A program made the position numbers and the translations under genes. Positions 30,544 through 32,000 of a stretch of DNA of 32,000 nt are shown here, piece by piece. Source of the stretch: Candidatus Saccharimonadota bacterium. GTDB taxonomy: Bacteria > Pseudomonadota > Gammaproteobacteria > Enterobacterales > Enterobacteriaceae. Within the stretch, counting starts at the first letter, position 1. The number at the start of each line of letters is the position of its first letter. The stretch covers positions 1-32,000 of the forward strand of contig CP145877.1 in the NCBI GenBank assembly GCA_045690015.1, written 5' to 3'. Below the pieces are notes generated by a model. That model was not told where the DNA came from. It saw only the letters and a list, made by a program, of their open reading frames with translations, and ran no database searches.

Positions 30544-31632
30544 CTAATTGTTTTTTGGTATGTTTATTAAGAAAGATGCTACGCGTTCGGTTGCATTAAA
30601 TATTGCAAGAGAACGGGCAGACAAAGCCATTCTCAATAATGTGGTTCGATCTAGTTTTTCTAAAATTTTAACAACATTGCTTGCGGTAAATTCTGAGTTT
30701 TCTAAGATTTCAGCCGCATCTACATCTTTCAATAAGAATGCGTTCCAATATTGCTGTTTGTCTCTATGTACAAAGGGTACAAAAATAGCGGGTAATCCTA
30801 CTACAGCTATTTCACTGACAGTAAGAGCTCCAGAGCGACAAATTACCACATCAGCCCATGAATAGGCTATTGCTATATCCTCGATAAATTCAGTAATGCG
30901 ATAGATAGAGAGAGTATTTGAGATATCTTTATATAATTCTCTAACCTTAGACAAAGCATTTTTACCAACTTGATGCCATAAAATGATTTTATTACCCAAA
31001 ATATTAGCCACTTGTGGCATAACGTTATTTAAAATCTGTGCTCCCTGACTGCCTCCAAGTACTAAAATCCGCAATGGAAATCTACTTCTTCCTAAAAATC
31101 GGGATTCAGGGGGAGGAATAGAAAGTATCTCATCACGAATAGGATTTCCTACCACAATAGCTTTATTTAAAGCTCCAGGAAAAGCTTGTAATTTTTTATA
31201 TGCAATTTTTGCTAACCAATAATTAGTTAATCCAGGAATTACATTTTGCTCATGTATAACTATAGGAATATCCTGTATCCAAGCAGCTATTCCTCCCGGA
31301 CCAGAAACATATCCCCCCATTCCTAAAACTATATTAGGATGCCAGTTTTTAATTATTTTATATGATTGACGAATAGCACGAAAAAATTGTAATGATAATG
31401 AAAAAAATAACTTAAATTTTTTCCCACGCCAACTTTTAATCCTAATTAATTCAAGATCAATATTATATTTTTGAACTAAATTGACTTCCATTCGATCATA
31501 GGTTCCAAGCCAAAGTATTTGCCAACCATGATTAAGAAGATATTGTGCAATAGCAATACCTGGAAATATATGTCCGCCTGTTCCACCTGCCATTATTAGC
31601 AGACGTCTACTACAATTAATCCTACAACACAT
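30544..31632 (-). CDS. murG: UDP-N-acetylglucosamine--N-acetylmuramyl-(pentapeptide) pyrophosphoryl-undecaprenol GlcNAc transferase
   Basis: [27 protein letters not shown] and [12 protein letters not shown] are colinear with E. coli MurG. Confidence 0.95.
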   Translation of the reverse strand: MCCRINCSRRLLIMAGGTGGHIFPGIAIAQYLLNHGWQILWLGTYDRMEVNLVQKYNIDLELIRIKSWRGKKFKLFFSLSLQFFRAIRQSYKIIKNWHPNIVLGMGGYVSGPGGIAAWIQDIPIVIHEQNVIPGLTNYWLAKIAYKKLQAFPGALNKAIVVGNPIRDEILSIPPPESRFLGRSRFPLRILVLGGSQGAQILNNVMPQVANILGNKIILWHQVGKNALSKVRELYKDISNTLSIYRITEFIEDIAIAYSWADVVICRSGALTVSEIAVVGLPAIFVPFVHRDKQQYWNAFLLKDVDAAEILENSEFTASNVVKILEKLDRTTLLRMALSARSLAIFNATERVASFLINIPKNN

Positions 31633-31734
31633 ATATTCATTACTGATCTATTAATTTAATATAGTAATAGTATAGAAGATTGGTAAAAAATTGCATTATT
31701 ACTAGAGGTAGGTAAGGTAAATTAGTTAATTAGC

Positions 31735-32000
31735 TTAACATCCTAATTTTTTTGCCAGTTTGGTAAAGATATTACCTCTATGACAAAAATTACTAAATTG
31801 ATCAAGACTAGAACATGCTGGAGATAAAAGAACTAAATCACCTGGTTTAACTATAGAGGCAATATATTTTATAGCTTCAATCATTGTTTTGCTTTTTTTT
31901 GCTATCTGTGGACGTAATTTAGCTAATCGATCTCTATCACGTCCAAAACAGTATACTTTAATGCGATCTCCTTGTAAATAAGGAATAAGAGGATTAAAAT
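31735..32000 (-). CDS. murD: UDP-N-acetylmuramoylalanine--D-glutamate ligase, 3' fragment (5' end outside window)
   Basis: Not in the ORF track. My translation of the minus strand from 31998 is FNPLIPYLQGDRIKVYCFGRDRDRLAKLRPQIAKKSKTMIEAIKYIASIVKPGDLVLLSPACSSLDQFSNFCHRGNIFTKLAKKLGC*. This matches the E. coli MurD C-terminus (...VRLYCFGRDGAQLAALRP...[35 protein letters not shown]). Confidence 0.9.
   Translation of the reverse strand, partial: FNPLIPYLQGDRIKVYCFGRDRDRLAKLRPQIAKKSKTMIEAIKYIASIVKPGDLVLLSPACSSLDQFSNFCHRGNIFTKLAKKLGC

Noticed and set aside
30548-30865. 105-aa plus-strand ORF inside murG
   Set aside because: It is an antisense shadow ORF of murG.

Overview
This is an AT-rich 32-kb piece of a reduced gammaproteobacterial genome; G+C looks like roughly 30% or less by eye and was not computed. 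Its proteins and tRNAs align almost residue for residue with E. coli orthologues recalled from memory (Rho, CorA, RadA, GlpK, and tRNA-Pro/Leu/His/Arg/Trp). It is therefore most likely an Enterobacterales-derived, host-restricted symbiont. I call 33 protein genes (32 complete plus the 3' end of murD), including rpmG, which is missing from the ORF track, and 5 tRNAs. I also call a few regulatory or structural sites. I saw no rRNA, CRISPR array, IS element, integrase, phage gene or toxin-antitoxin pair. The gene order is a patchwork of E. coli-colinear blocks with clean interval deletions:
- gmk-rpoZ, then the pyrE-dut-rpmBG-mutM block inverted relative to it
- yibN
- tpiA-fpr-glpK-hslUV
- deoBD-radA
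- corA ... proM-leuT-hisR-argX ... rho-trxA ... trpT
- aroE-tsaC / def-fmt
- secA ... ddlB-murC-murG-murD

Five things are not explained by plain housekeeping synteny:
1. An intact two-gene operon encodes a TM-anchored OmpA_C-type peptidoglycan-binding protein and a YsnF/DUF2382 stress protein. It sits just downstream of the tRNA operon, in an interval where every E. coli gene has been lost.
2. The dcw cluster keeps murD, murG, murC and ddlB but lacks ftsW, ftsQ, ftsA, ftsZ and lpxC at their conserved positions. secM is also absent.
3. A DUF721/DciA-like gene lies between ddlB and secA.
4. Two long noncoding gaps (about 0.58 and 0.74 kb) carry unusual palindromes.
5. There is a near-consensus sigma-32 promoter for hslVU, and three of the five tRNA genes have lost the encoded CCA.

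All functional calls rest on by-eye alignment and motif recognition; no database search was run.
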